Shown piece after piece: positions 20,324-29,727 of a DNA stretch of 63,827 bases (its first letter is position 1; the number at the start of each line of letters is the position of its first letter). Position numbers and translations under genes: made by a program. The DNA comes from a virus. Taxonomy: Duplodnaviria; Caudoviricetes. The notes under the pieces were generated by a model. It ran no database searches. It saw only the letters and a list, made by a program, of their open reading frames with translations, and was not told where the DNA came from. The stretch covers positions 1 through 63,827 of IMG/VR virus record IMGVR_UViG_3300033153_004497; one strand, written 5' to 3'.

Positions 20324-21138
20324 TAAACCACCGCATCCTCATCAACACCCGCTTCACCACCTACCGCAGTAGTCTTAGTTCCGAATCCTAGGGCAAGCAA
20401 TTCTTCTGCTGAGTGAACCTTGATTACTTCATCGTAGTCCAGTGGCAACACCTTACAATCAGGGAATGCTTCTTGCAGTTCTGACAGGGTATTACTTTGA
20501 ACATAATCAAAATCATCCCCCACATTGAACGCATCGGCATTGGTGCGAGTCACTTCAAAAGTTGCACCAATTAATCCATTCTCATATTTCTTTGCCTTTT
20601 TGCGTAGCTTGTCTGCCACACCAGTTTTGGCGATAAACAATTGAATAGACCCTTCGTATTCTTTCTTCTCTTTTTTGCTCATCCATTTTTCATGAGTGAG
20701 CACAGTGAAGACTGTTGCAAAGTAGGGAGTGTTCCCAGATGCACAGACAGGACATTCAACACCTGATACCGCATCGTTGATGCAAACGTACTTGGGGTAT
20801 TTCTGAGCAGGATTATTAATCGTGTGTTCGTAATAGCAGACGCTATCAAGATCACCATCGACATCAAGCCCACCATCCAGAAAAGTAATAACCCGTTCTG
20901 CTTCTGGTTTCATGTAAAACCGAAATACCTGATTTTCCCGCTGTTCATCCCTAACCTGTGCTGCTTGCTGTTCCTTCACCAGTGCTTCTTTCGCTGCTGT
21001 ACCTTTCTTCAACATCGAAGGTGCAGGGGTTTTTGCTTTCGCATCTTCCTCAGCATCTTCAGTTTCAACTTCAGGTTTAGCAACTTTCAACTTTACTGGT
21101 TTGCTTTCCGCTTTTGGTTTATTTAGTTTAAGAGCCAT
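20323..21138 (-). CDS. Probable gp32-like ssDNA-binding protein
   Basis: H...C...CPVC zinc motif, acidic C-terminus, position in the replication block. Confidence 0.6.
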   Translation of the reverse strand: MALKLNKPKAESKPVKLKVAKPEVETEDAEEDAKAKTPAPSMLKKGTAAKEALVKEQQAAQVRDEQRENQVFRFYMKPEAERVITFLDGGLDVDGDLDSVCYYEHTINNPAQKYPKYVCINDAVSGVECPVCASGNTPYFATVFTVLTHEKWMSKKEKKEYEGSIQLFIAKTGVADKLRKKAKKYENGLIGATFEVTRTNADAFNVGDDFDYVQSNTLSELQEAFPDCKVLPLDYDEVIKVHSAEELLALGFGTKTTAVGGEAGVDEDAVV

Positions 21139-21211
21139 TTAGCCCTCCATTTTTGTTTAAGTTAAATTGTCCTATTGGACAACGCAATTGTCTCATTAAG
21201 AATTTTATTTG

Positions 21212-22153
21212 TCAAGAAATAGACTCTAATAATTTCAAGACTTCGGCATCTGGCATCTGTCCCAAATCCCCAAATGGTTCTGGTGGTTTCAAATGTGTAA
21301 CAGGAATTTTAGTAAAGAATTTTGAGATTCTTTCCCTGCCTTTATCCCCACCAACTCCATTATCAAATATCGTTATAATTTCATCTGCCCCCGCAATTCG
21401 TTTGATCTTGTCTATCTGAACCTGTGTCGTTTGCCCAGACAAAACATTGTTGTAATGAACCCTGATCTTGGCATAATCAAATTGACCTTCAACCAAAATC
21501 ACAGGCTCTTCTAAATCAACATGGTCTTCCCCCATCCACACGCTAGGATTTCTCACCCCGTTGCTAGGATATGAATAATATCTTGGTTCGATATCCTCCA
21601 AAAAAGTTCTTCCATGTACCCCCATCAAAACCCCGTTCCAATCTCGTATCGGAAATAATAATCTACAGCTTTCAAAATCTAACCGTATGTCAATCTGCTC
21701 TGCTAACTCCGCAGAAATTTCCCGCACCTGAATATAGGGATGGGAATATGCGGCGGGGAAAGTGTGAAACCAATGTTCATCGAAGGGAACCAACTCAACA
21801 GGCTTTTTTGCAATCTCTGTTTCGTAGTCAGGAAATTCTGGGTCTTCATCATATTCCTCCCCATCAATAATCTGCATTGCTTTCTTTAAATCTATTTTGT
21901 GCGGAACACTATCCCCGTATTTGAATTTTAATTTCTTATAAACTTCATAGGGGGTTCCCCGTTCTCCACAACTAAAGCAATTATATTTTGACTCCCCGCC
22001 CGTGATAGTCATTCCACTGGAAGGGTGATTGTCCACCTGTCCTTCATGTAGGAACCTAGCAAACAGACATCTACAGGTTGCCCAATTTGAAGTTGTGGTG
22101 GTGACTTCCCCGCCTAACGCAGTGAGGAAATCAACTACCTGTTCTTTTTTCAC
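21212..22153 (-). CDS. DNA primase
   Basis: CHC2-type zinc finger (CLF..H..D..PS..CFSC), FPIRD..GVHGR, TOPRIM motifs VEGQFD and FDN..G. Confidence 0.85.
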   Translation of the reverse strand: MKKEQVVDFLTALGGEVTTTTSNWATCRCLFARFLHEGQVDNHPSSGMTITGGESKYNCFSCGERGTPYEVYKKLKFKYGDSVPHKIDLKKAMQIIDGEEYDEDPEFPDYETEIAKKPVELVPFDEHWFHTFPAAYSHPYIQVREISAELAEQIDIRLDFESCRLLFPIRDWNGVLMGVHGRTFLEDIEPRYYSYPSNGVRNPSVWMGEDHVDLEEPVILVEGQFDYAKIRVHYNNVLSGQTTQVQIDKIKRIAGADEIITIFDNGVGGDKGRERISKFFTKIPVTHLKPPEPFGDLGQMPDAEVLKLLESIS

Positions 22154-22614
22154 TATCCGTATTTGAGTCTGCGATTGCCTTCTTTAATGTCAGTCAGAAC
22201 TTCCATTTCATCAGGACTAAAATATTTATCCAGATCACCCAAAGCAAATTTTGCCAGTTTCAGGGCAAGACCTTCTTCGAAAGCTTCCAACGCGATTACA
22301 ACTTCATCAGTGTCTTTGATGTTGCGTGACTGAACACGGGCAGAAACACCCATAACCAAATCCCCGTTAATCAGATTCACGGATGCTGTCCCATCAAGTT
22401 CAGGGTCAACAAGTCCACGAATTTCTTTTTCAATAGGGTTAAGTTTGTCGGTAAGATTTTTGGTCTTAGCAGCCAGAACAGCGATTTCCTTTTTCAATTT
22501 GAATGCTTCAGGAAGTAGTTTGGTTGCGACCTCAATTCCAGTAGAAGAAGTGACCGCAGATTTTTTACCTGTTGCCAACTTTACTTTTGATTTTGTCTTT
22601 AGCTTAATTGCCAT
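22153..22614 (-). CDS. Hypothetical protein
   Basis: GGGGA RBS before MAIKLK; coupled to primase. Confidence 0.6.
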   Translation of the reverse strand: MAIKLKTKSKVKLATGKKSAVTSSTGIEVATKLLPEAFKLKKEIAVLAAKTKNLTDKLNPIEKEIRGLVDPELDGTASVNLINGDLVMGVSARVQSRNIKDTDEVVIALEAFEEGLALKLAKFALGDLDKYFSPDEMEVLTDIKEGNRRLKYG

Positions 22615-22640
22615 TTTTATATCCCCTTGCTTTGTTTGCC

Positions 22641-23045
22641 AAAAAGCCCCAATTAAGGGGCAGTGATAAATTTGGGTCAAGTGTCTCACCGTGAAAAAGG
22701 AACAGTGGTCTATCCTCTAGCATTTCTTCATCTTGCTTGATGTTGGCTATTGCATCCTCAACGAGATTTTGCGCCCATTCATGATTAGTTACTTTGTCCT
22801 TCTGTATTTACTCCCTTGGGAGTCCGTGTAACTAACTGCTAATCCTCTTGGAAAGAGCCGAATCATCCTTAGCAGTAGAGTCATCGGTTCTGGTTGGCTT
22901 ACCTAATTCGGGCAGTACCCTTATTACCAACCACCTTCTTATCTTCACACCATGTTTGTTTCTTATATTCTCCTGAGTTGACAGGGTTAATCGAATGTTT
23001 CTTAACTTGTTCCTATATAATAGTACATGTAATAATATTTGTCAA
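22641..23045 (-). ncRNA. Promoter-to-terminator structured RNA or leader of about 370 nt
   Basis: TTGACA(23045-23040)-N17-TATTAT; several stems; terminator GCCCC-TTAATT-GGGGC-TTTTT at 22661-22641. Confidence 0.5.
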
Positions 23046-23172
23046 GCCTTTTTATTGAAAAAATTGACCCCTATTGACCCCCCCTATGTGGCAAACCACT
23101 TTTTAGGGTAATTACATGTCCAAACAAAATGTGGCACACCCTGTTGCCCCCTCCTATTTTCAAGATAGGTTT

Positions 23173-24453
23173 CTAGTCAACCACAATTTCCTGCTGTGGT
23201 TCATTTCCTTTTGGCTTCTTGGGTAGCTCAGAAAAATCCATGTTCACGAAATCCCACTTGGTATTAAATTTTCCAACCTCCCCATCCCTGCCCTTCAAAA
23301 TTCTGACCTCACGGGTCATGATAGTTTCAATACTTTCTTCCTGCATGAGACCCAACACCACGGAACTCAATTGTCCAATCTCATCTGTGTACCCGATATC
23401 TTCCAGACCAACCTGCTTGTCTTTCTCCATTTTCTTTTCTGCCCCCCTATTGAATTGCCAACTTGCTACCACTGGAATATTAAATTCCATTGCAAGCATC
23501 TGCTTTAACATCCGTGCATTCTCAGCAACCTTTTCATATTTCCCCATCCTTGGATTTGGATGTGACAGCAGGTACGCACCGTCCACCAAAACGAAATCAG
23601 GATTAACCTGCATCACCAACTTCCAAATGTCTTCAACCATCGAAGCAATATCACCCCCCGCTATCCAAAATGATTCTTCAAAGTCTTTCAGGACATCCAG
23701 TTTGCTGAGTAGGTCTGTGTATGATTTGGAGGGAAGCTGAGCTTTCTTAAGCTGAGTCAGGTTGTGCTTGGTGTGCATTGAGGCTAATCGTTGCTCTATG
23801 GCAAGCACAGGCATTTCAAGGGTGACATACAAAACCGTCTTATGTTGGTTATACCACGCATTATGAGCCATGAACAAAGTGCTCCACGTTTTGCCCATTG
23901 CAGGTCTTCCCACAATCGAAACCAGATCACCCCCTGTCATTCCCCCAGATAAAATATCTACTGTGGGATAACCCATGAGCACCGTTCCATCCATGCCCAA
24001 CATTTTCTTTGCCTTGTACGCTTGCTCTATAAATTTCCGTGCGTCCTTGAAATCGACAATCGATATTTTGGATGTTGCCTTGTGAATTGTCATCAAAGTT
24101 TCAGTCAAGCAATCGATACCTGCCTGAACATCCATCCCCTCTTTTTGTAGGAAGGGTTTTACATCCGCATATCCTTTCTTGATTGTATCGGAAATATATC
24201 TTTCCCGAACCTGCTTGGCATAATAGGAACTGACTTCCTTGGCAATAGGTAAACTTTCCAACCCCATATCTGTCAGCACTGTCTCAGATTTTGGCATTGA
24301 TTTATGTTGGTAGATAAATTCTTTTATGAAATCATAGATTTCTTTCTCATGTTCTTTCAGGGTGACAGGGTTGACATCCAATTTGGAAAAGGCTTTGACA
24401 TCACCCTCATTCAATAACGCAGAAACGAGCTTAAGCCCGACACTTAATGACAT
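23173..24453 (-). CDS. dnaB: DnaB-like replicative helicase
   Basis: GRPAMGKT, TLEM, VDG, QFNR, KGRDG. Confidence 0.9.
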   Translation of the reverse strand: MSLSVGLKLVSALLNEGDVKAFSKLDVNPVTLKEHEKEIYDFIKEFIYQHKSMPKSETVLTDMGLESLPIAKEVSSYYAKQVRERYISDTIKKGYADVKPFLQKEGMDVQAGIDCLTETLMTIHKATSKISIVDFKDARKFIEQAYKAKKMLGMDGTVLMGYPTVDILSGGMTGGDLVSIVGRPAMGKTWSTLFMAHNAWYNQHKTVLYVTLEMPVLAIEQRLASMHTKHNLTQLKKAQLPSKSYTDLLSKLDVLKDFEESFWIAGGDIASMVEDIWKLVMQVNPDFVLVDGAYLLSHPNPRMGKYEKVAENARMLKQMLAMEFNIPVVASWQFNRGAEKKMEKDKQVGLEDIGYTDEIGQLSSVVLGLMQEESIETIMTREVRILKGRDGEVGKFNTKWDFVNMDFSELPKKPKGNEPQQEIVVD

Positions 24454-24466
24454 TCTTTTTATCCCC

Positions 24467-25090
24467 TTATTTTAATTCTAGGAAATGATTATCTATATGG
24501 GTTCTCAGAACCCCACCGTATTGTTGATTAATGTAATCTAATGTTTCGACATATAGTACTACCTGCCTACCTTGGCTATGACTCTTGAGCACCCAACTTA
24601 ATACATTGGACATTTCCCATGTAGCCACATTGCCCCCCTCAGATTTATCTAACGCGAAGTTTGGAATGCAAATCAATTTGCTCTTGGGTGAAGCCCCTGA
24701 TTTAATTTCCTTGATCAAATCCTGTAGGGTAATAAATCGGGCATCAACAAAGTTACGAGTCAGTACCCCCACCATGCTGTACATCCTGTCTATGAAATTA
24801 TGCTTGCCCTCAATTACTGCCCCGCTAATTCCTTTGGATTGATGAACCCCGAACCCTTCCAGATATTTAACATCCTTGGAAAGCAAAACCCCTTCCGAAG
24901 TATTGTAAATAAAATACTCTGGAATCCCTGCTTGCTCTGCATACATCTCAATATTTTGAACCATACGCCAGTGCTTCTTATATTTAAGAATTCCTGTGGC
25001 GTAATAATCTGCATAGACTGACATGTGATGAACTTCATCTTCCGACAAATCATCAACTTCAACATCTTTGGTCTTCAATTTAATTCCCAT
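24467..25090 (-). CDS. Degenerate DnaC/IstB-like helicase loader
   Basis: Lies between initiator and helicase; AGIPE.F and ARFITLQDLI segments; Walker motifs are eroded. Confidence 0.45.
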   Translation of the reverse strand: MGIKLKTKDVEVDDLSEDEVHHMSVYADYYATGILKYKKHWRMVQNIEMYAEQAGIPEYFIYNTSEGVLLSKDVKYLEGFGVHQSKGISGAVIEGKHNFIDRMYSMVGVLTRNFVDARFITLQDLIKEIKSGASPKSKLICIPNFALDKSEGGNVATWEMSNVLSWVLKSHSQGRQVVLYVETLDYINQQYGGVLRTHIDNHFLELK

Positions 25091-26030
25091 TTAGTTTCCC
25101 CGCAGCTTTCAATAATGCTTTGGTATATGCATCCGTGACAGGTTTCTTATTTACTTTGAGTTTCGTTTCTGGATTAAGTTTGATCTTAGTATCACTTTTA
25201 TTTTTGTAGAACATCAGGGCTTGATTCGCGTTATAAACAAAATACTTTATTTCTGGTGACACAGGTTTCTGGGTTCCTCCAATGTGCAGGTTTACGAATT
25301 TAACGAACCTCTCCCAATCACCCACGCAATATTCAACCACCTTTTCAAAATCGGTTTCCAGTTTCTTTGCAGCCTTATTCATTATCCCTGCTTGAACTTG
25401 GGTAAACTTTAAATCCACATCCATAGACAGATGTTCGTTTTGGAAATCGACACAAGCGTTTCTCCAAATATCAATAGGATTCATTTTCTTCTTTTTTGTT
25501 TTCCCTAACTTCACTAAATCCAAATCTGCTATTTTCATTTTCTCTCCTACCCCTTCCGTAGAATCGGAATTTGATTTTGTGATTTCTGATTTCGGAATCA
25601 CTTTACTACCTTTATTTACTTCATTATCTACTACCTTATTTACTAGGGTGACTGTGTGGCACTGGTCTGGTGACTGTGTGGCACTAGGGGGGTGACTCTC
25701 TGGCACTAGTGCTAGTGACTGTGTGACACTAGTTGACTCCCCTTTTTTAGCTTCGTCAATCCTTTTATCCAAAACTTTTTCATCAATAGTATAGTGATTT
25801 CCTTTGCCCATAATTTTCTTGATGGTAATCAAATCATGATTGGCTAGATTTTTAATACTCCTGATAACCTGTCTTCGACAACACCCACTAAGATTTGCCA
25901 AAGTATTAAACGATGGATAGCAAAAACCTTTATGATCAATTTTGTCAGCAAGAATAGCCAACACCAATTTTTCATAAAGGCTAATGTTCAGACGATTCCG
26001 AAGAACCTTCTGGGTTAGCTCAAAAGACAT
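25080..26030 (-). CDS. Replication initiator with N-terminal wHTH (lambda O-like architecture)
   Basis: EKLVLAILAD..GFCYPSFNTLA..SGC.RR.V...IKNL; internal iterons. Confidence 0.8.
   Translation of the reverse strand: MSFELTQKVLRNRLNISLYEKLVLAILADKIDHKGFCYPSFNTLANLSGCCRRQVIRSIKNLANHDLITIKKIMGKGNHYTIDEKVLDKRIDEAKKGESTSVTQSLALVPESHPPSATQSPDQCHTVTLVNKVVDNEVNKGSKVIPKSEITKSNSDSTEGVGEKMKIADLDLVKLGKTKKKKMNPIDIWRNACVDFQNEHLSMDVDLKFTQVQAGIMNKAAKKLETDFEKVVEYCVGDWERFVKFVNLHIGGTQKPVSPEIKYFVYNANQALMFYKNKSDTKIKLNPETKLKVNKKPVTDAYTKALLKAAGKLNGN
25605..25732. repeat. Probable replication origin: four iterons plus AT-rich repeats
   Basis: GTGACTGTGTGGCACT(A/G)G variants at 25648, 25670, 25692 and 25715; ACTACCTT(T)ATTTACT twice just before. 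Confidence 0.8.
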
Positions 26031-26031
26031 T

Positions 26032-26823
26032 TTACTTCTTCTTGGGCTTGTCCTTCTTCGGGGGTTCCACCACTTCATTCAAAATCTCAAGAGCAGCATC
26101 CCCCAACTCCGTGCCTTTGACACTGGTAGCTACACCAGTTTCTTCATCGACAAAAACGATATCATCTATCTTGGGAACCACTCCCGATTTTTCCAGAATC
26201 TTCTTTGCTGCACCATTGGCTTTTCCCAACACCTTATCAATAGCAATGACATCCGCTTTCTTACCTTTCGGTTTCTTGGCATCGGGTTTTGCAGGGGCAT
26301 ACATGGTTAAAAAATCTGCCATGCTTTCTGCAACCACTTTCTTAACTGCGTCTGTTGGCTCACAGAAAATTGCCATGCTCCGAAGAATACGCTTGCCCAA
26401 ACTGGTAAAATCTTTGGACAGTTCCTTGTACAACTTTTCGTAACCTTCTTGGGTTGTGGGGTCTCCGTACCCATCAAGAGTTTTATCAGATGTCAGGACA
26501 AAAGAAATTCGGTTACTGCCAACAGTCAAATGACCACCCTTGATAGGATTGGTGTGCAGCTTTTTATTTACATCTGCTGCTTTGAAATGTTGGTTGAACC
26601 AATTGCTCATGCTGTACAGGTCTATCTTCGCATCAGGAACCAATCTGATTCGCACGAAAAAACCTATGGGTTGTCCCATGTTGTTCACCGAAAAATCCAG
26701 TTTCAAACAATAGCGAACCCTATCTTCAAAAATCACAAAGTAATCTTTGTGTCCTTCACTCCCCTCAACCCTGTCCAGAGTTTTCAGGGTGGTGGTCTTC
26801 TTTACCAGTTTTTCATGTATCAT
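26032..26823 (-). CDS. Hypothetical protein
   Basis: AGGAG RBS; 263-aa ORF within the operon. Confidence 0.65.
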   Translation of the reverse strand: MIHEKLVKKTTTLKTLDRVEGSEGHKDYFVIFEDRVRYCLKLDFSVNNMGQPIGFFVRIRLVPDAKIDLYSMSNWFNQHFKAADVNKKLHTNPIKGGHLTVGSNRISFVLTSDKTLDGYGDPTTQEGYEKLYKELSKDFTSLGKRILRSMAIFCEPTDAVKKVVAESMADFLTMYAPAKPDAKKPKGKKADVIAIDKVLGKANGAAKKILEKSGVVPKIDDIVFVDEETGVATSVKGTELGDAALEILNEVVEPPKKDKPKKK

Positions 26824-26833
26824 GGTCTATCTC

Positions 26834-28054
26834 CTATAGTCCGTGTTTCGTTGATTGTAAAAACTCTATGACCCATTGACTCACTAAAGCCTGTGGGAAA
26901 AATTCTTTGTTGGTGGCTTTGCTTTGTGCCATTCTAAAACCCATCGTTTTCATGCAGTTGTTAAAACCCACACTTCCCTCCTGAGTTGTTATCCCAAAGC
27001 TTTGCAAAAGCTGAATAACAAAACCCTCCAACTGATCTTTGTGCAATCCCCGCAATTTAATTAATTGATCTATCCTGCCTGATCTATAAAGTTCTGTGGG
27101 TAATGCTTCCAGATTATTACAGGTCATCACAACATAAACCTTACTCGTTTTATATTGTAACCACCAAAGTAGTTTAGACAATAATCTTTGGCTTGTGTCA
27201 TTCTCGCTATTGTCTATAAAAAGTTTTTCCACTTCATCGAACAAAACTATGCACGGACTTTCTTTATCCAAAGTCGAGAGTGCTTGATTCAAATGATGCT
27301 CTGCTTCTCCCTGCCATTTCGATAGCATGGAATTAACATCCAACAAAAATAAAGATAGCCCCCAACCCCGTGCTATGTATTTTGCAAATTCGGTTTTACC
27401 TGTTCCTGCATCCCCATACATCAGAACACCTTTCGGAACTAACCTGTGATCGACATCCGCAAACATGTAGGGTTTATTTTCATCTACCCATTTAGATAAA
27501 TTCTGTTCACCCGTACCCGTTCCTTTTTGTTCAAAATAGAATGGGGTCTCAGGGTCAACTTTTGTAATCCCTGTTTGATGGATGAATAATCTTTCTTTGG
27601 TCTTGCGAATACTCTCCACAGAAATCTGATCGTAATAGATCGAGCAAAGGGAAAGTGTTTGTTTGATATGTTGAACTGTTAAACCTTTCAGATAGGCAAC
27701 AGATTCTTTCAGAATTTTCTTTGGAATTTCTCCCTCAAGCATTTGGTGAATTGTTTTTTCATCTGGGACAAGTTCCCCACATTCCATCAGTCGGGGGTCT
27801 GGTTCAGGATTGACAAAGATAACTGAGTATTCATTTTGCTCAGCATCATTATAAAGATCGTTGAGTGTGTTTTCTTTTGGAGTATCGGGGGAGTAATAAA
27901 GGGGAGTGCGTTCATCAATTTGAACATGCTTGGAACCTAAAGACAAAACATCATGATCAGGGAACATGCCCCGAAGCACAAAGTCAATATGGAGTAGGTC
28001 AGTTGACCTAACTGATATGAGTGGTATCAAACCACCCACTGCCTTTTTAATCAT
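26834..28054 (-). CDS. AAA+ ATPase
   Basis: GDAGTGKT, VLFDEVEK, TCN, ELYRSGRID. Confidence 0.9.
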   Translation of the reverse strand: MIKKAVGGLIPLISVRSTDLLHIDFVLRGMFPDHDVLSLGSKHVQIDERTPLYYSPDTPKENTLNDLYNDAEQNEYSVIFVNPEPDPRLMECGELVPDEKTIHQMLEGEIPKKILKESVAYLKGLTVQHIKQTLSLCSIYYDQISVESIRKTKERLFIHQTGITKVDPETPFYFEQKGTGTGEQNLSKWVDENKPYMFADVDHRLVPKGVLMYGDAGTGKTEFAKYIARGWGLSLFLLDVNSMLSKWQGEAEHHLNQALSTLDKESPCIVLFDEVEKLFIDNSENDTSQRLLSKLLWWLQYKTSKVYVVMTCNNLEALPTELYRSGRIDQLIKLRGLHKDQLEGFVIQLLQSFGITTQEGSVGFNNCMKTMGFRMAQSKATNKEFFPQALVSQWVIEFLQSTKHGL

Positions 28055-28089
28055 TAACTATCCCCTAGTTATTTGTAGCTTACTGCTTG

Positions 28090-28142
28090 TGCAGCAAAAA
28101 GTAAAACGCTCCCTTACCAATAGATAGGAATTTAACGGGAGC
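28090..28142 (-). terminator. Terminator or attenuator hairpin in the leader of the replication operon
   Basis: GCTCCC(G)TTA...TAAGGGAGC followed by GTTTTACTTTTT. Confidence 0.55.
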
Positions 28143-28153
28143 ACCTGCCCTAC

Positions 28154-29010
28154 TTAACTGTCTAGCTTTCGAATCATACCCTCAGTGAATACAAGTTTAG
28201 GATTCGGACTTTCGTGTGTATGGTTCTCAGGATGCACTTCCTTCAACCAAACCATATTGTGTCCTGCTAATTTGTCGAAGCTTTCAATGCGGAAGGTTCC
28301 ACAAATCCTACCTTCTACTATTTCTCCAACTTTAAAATTTTCGAATGACATCTGTTCTCTCCTAAATTTAGATGATGTACTGCAAGCCTACGCTAGTTTA
28401 AAATATTTGTCAAGCAGAATATCTTTTAATTGCTGCTTCAAATTTTTGCTTGGTATCAAACATACGATTGTATTTGTCATCCCAAATAGGATTTCCGAAA
28501 CAGTCCCGTGCCTTCATATCAAAATAATCATTTCCATTGTGGTCTATATCCTGATCAAACCACAAAGTTATTTCACCTTGCTTCCTGACTATTTTGATTT
28601 CAGTTCTATTCATTACCGTATCCAAGTTCCTTCGTTGTCGGTAGTCAGTACCATCTTTTTTTCTTTATACCCCTCAGCTTTGACGTTGACAACTGAAGAC
28701 CAGAACCATGTACCCAATTGACCTTTCATTTCTGAATAACAAGGTTTGAAGTCCCACGATACTTTCAGGTTTTTGATTTCAGGGTTTGCCTTTTTAATCA
28801 TTCGTTTGGCAATCGCTAGTGTTGGTTTTTTCATTTCGTTTTTCCTTTGTAAATTTCTTCATTCCAATGTTGAGCAATTGCTTTTGCAACCTCTTCAGTT
28901 GGAAGTTCTTTATTCAGAACCTTCAGAACAGTGTTGTCATTCTTAACTAAGATTACACGATGACCTTCTTTGTTGCTGTCGGTATATGCTTTGTGTTGGT
29001 TCAGTTTCAT
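28154..29010 (-). CDS. Four small early genes (28154-28351, 28410-28625, 28613-28834, 28831-29010)
   Basis: Coupled ORFs behind a TTGACA/TATACT promoter at about 29044-29071; 28831-29010 (59 aa, MKLNQHK...) was read manually. Confidence 0.6.
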
Positions 29011-29107
29011 TTCGTATCGTGTTTGTTTTGTTTAAGTCCTATAAGTATAGCACCCTCTTCGTATTTGTCAATGCAATATCATTAATTAAATCAATTATTT
29101 ATGTGAC

Positions 29108-29172
29108 TTATTCCCCTTTTTATTTGTCAAAAGACCTTGCTTTTATTTGTCAAGGTGCTATACTTATAGTAT
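29108..29172 (+). promoter_or_regulatory. Early promoter block, inverted copy of 8465-8529
   Basis: 65-bp identity; divergent from the promoter at about 29044-29071. Confidence 0.8.
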
Positions 29173-29197
29173 GAAAACAAACAAAGAGACAAACAAC

Positions 29198-29329
29198 ATG
29201 AACGAATTAATGACAAGCACTACAGTAGGAACCGTAACACTGACCCACGAAACTTCAGGTAAGGAAGTAGTAGTAACAAACACTCCTTCGGTAGTTTCAA
29301 AATACGAAGCTCTGGGTTACAAGGCTTAA
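29198..29329 (+). CDS. 43-aa peptide, paralog of 8309-8440
   Basis: Translates MNELMTSTTVGTVTLTHETSGKEVVVTNTPSVVSKYEALGYKA. Confidence 0.75.
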   Translation: MNELMTSTTVGTVTLTHETSGKEVVVTNTPSVVSKYEALGYKA

Positions 29330-29335
29330 TCCACT

Positions 29336-29356
29336 AGCCCCTTCGGGGGCTTTTTT
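29336..29356 (+). terminator. Intrinsic terminator
   Basis: AGCCCC-TTCG-GGGGCT-TTTTT. Confidence 0.85.
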
Positions 29357-29375
29357 AATTCCAACGAGACACGAA

Positions 29376-29633
29376 ATGAATAGAGCAAAGAGAATTACAA
29401 CAGGTGAATATTCCTACAGGGGATATGAACTTGCCGTTGATGCAACGGGTTGGATGATCAAACTTGAAGGAATGAATCACTACCCTTGGGATGCAGAATC
29501 CAAAAAAGATGCAATGGGATTCATCGATCATATGATTGACGATGATGAAACCAAAGCCCACCTGAAAAAAACCGAAGACCTCTCTGATGAAGAACTCATG
29601 AAAGTTGATGGTTGGGCATGGTTGGATAGATAA
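29376..29633 (+). CDS. Early hypothetical protein
   Basis: ATG ORF followed by the 23-nt element and a terminator at 29665-29689. Confidence 0.65.
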   Translation: MNRAKRITTGEYSYRGYELAVDATGWMIKLEGMNHYPWDAESKKDAMGFIDHMIDDDETKAHLKKTEDLSDEELMKVDGWAWLDR

Positions 29634-29727
29634 AGAATTTACAGTTAAATCGTGTGTTGTTTTTGGGAGTCCTTGAGGCTCCCTTTTTTATGATTGGAAT
29701 TTTTTATTCCATTATTCCACAAGGCAT

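Noticed and set aside
22641-23010. Stop-codon recoding suggested by in-frame TAG/TAA
   Set aside because: Conserved genes translate at full length in the standard code, TAG ends real genes (terL, MCP), and no suppressor tRNA was seen.
25648-25732. Mini CRISPR array
   Set aside because: The spacers are only 4-5 nt and the repeats lie inside an initiator gene, so they are iterons.
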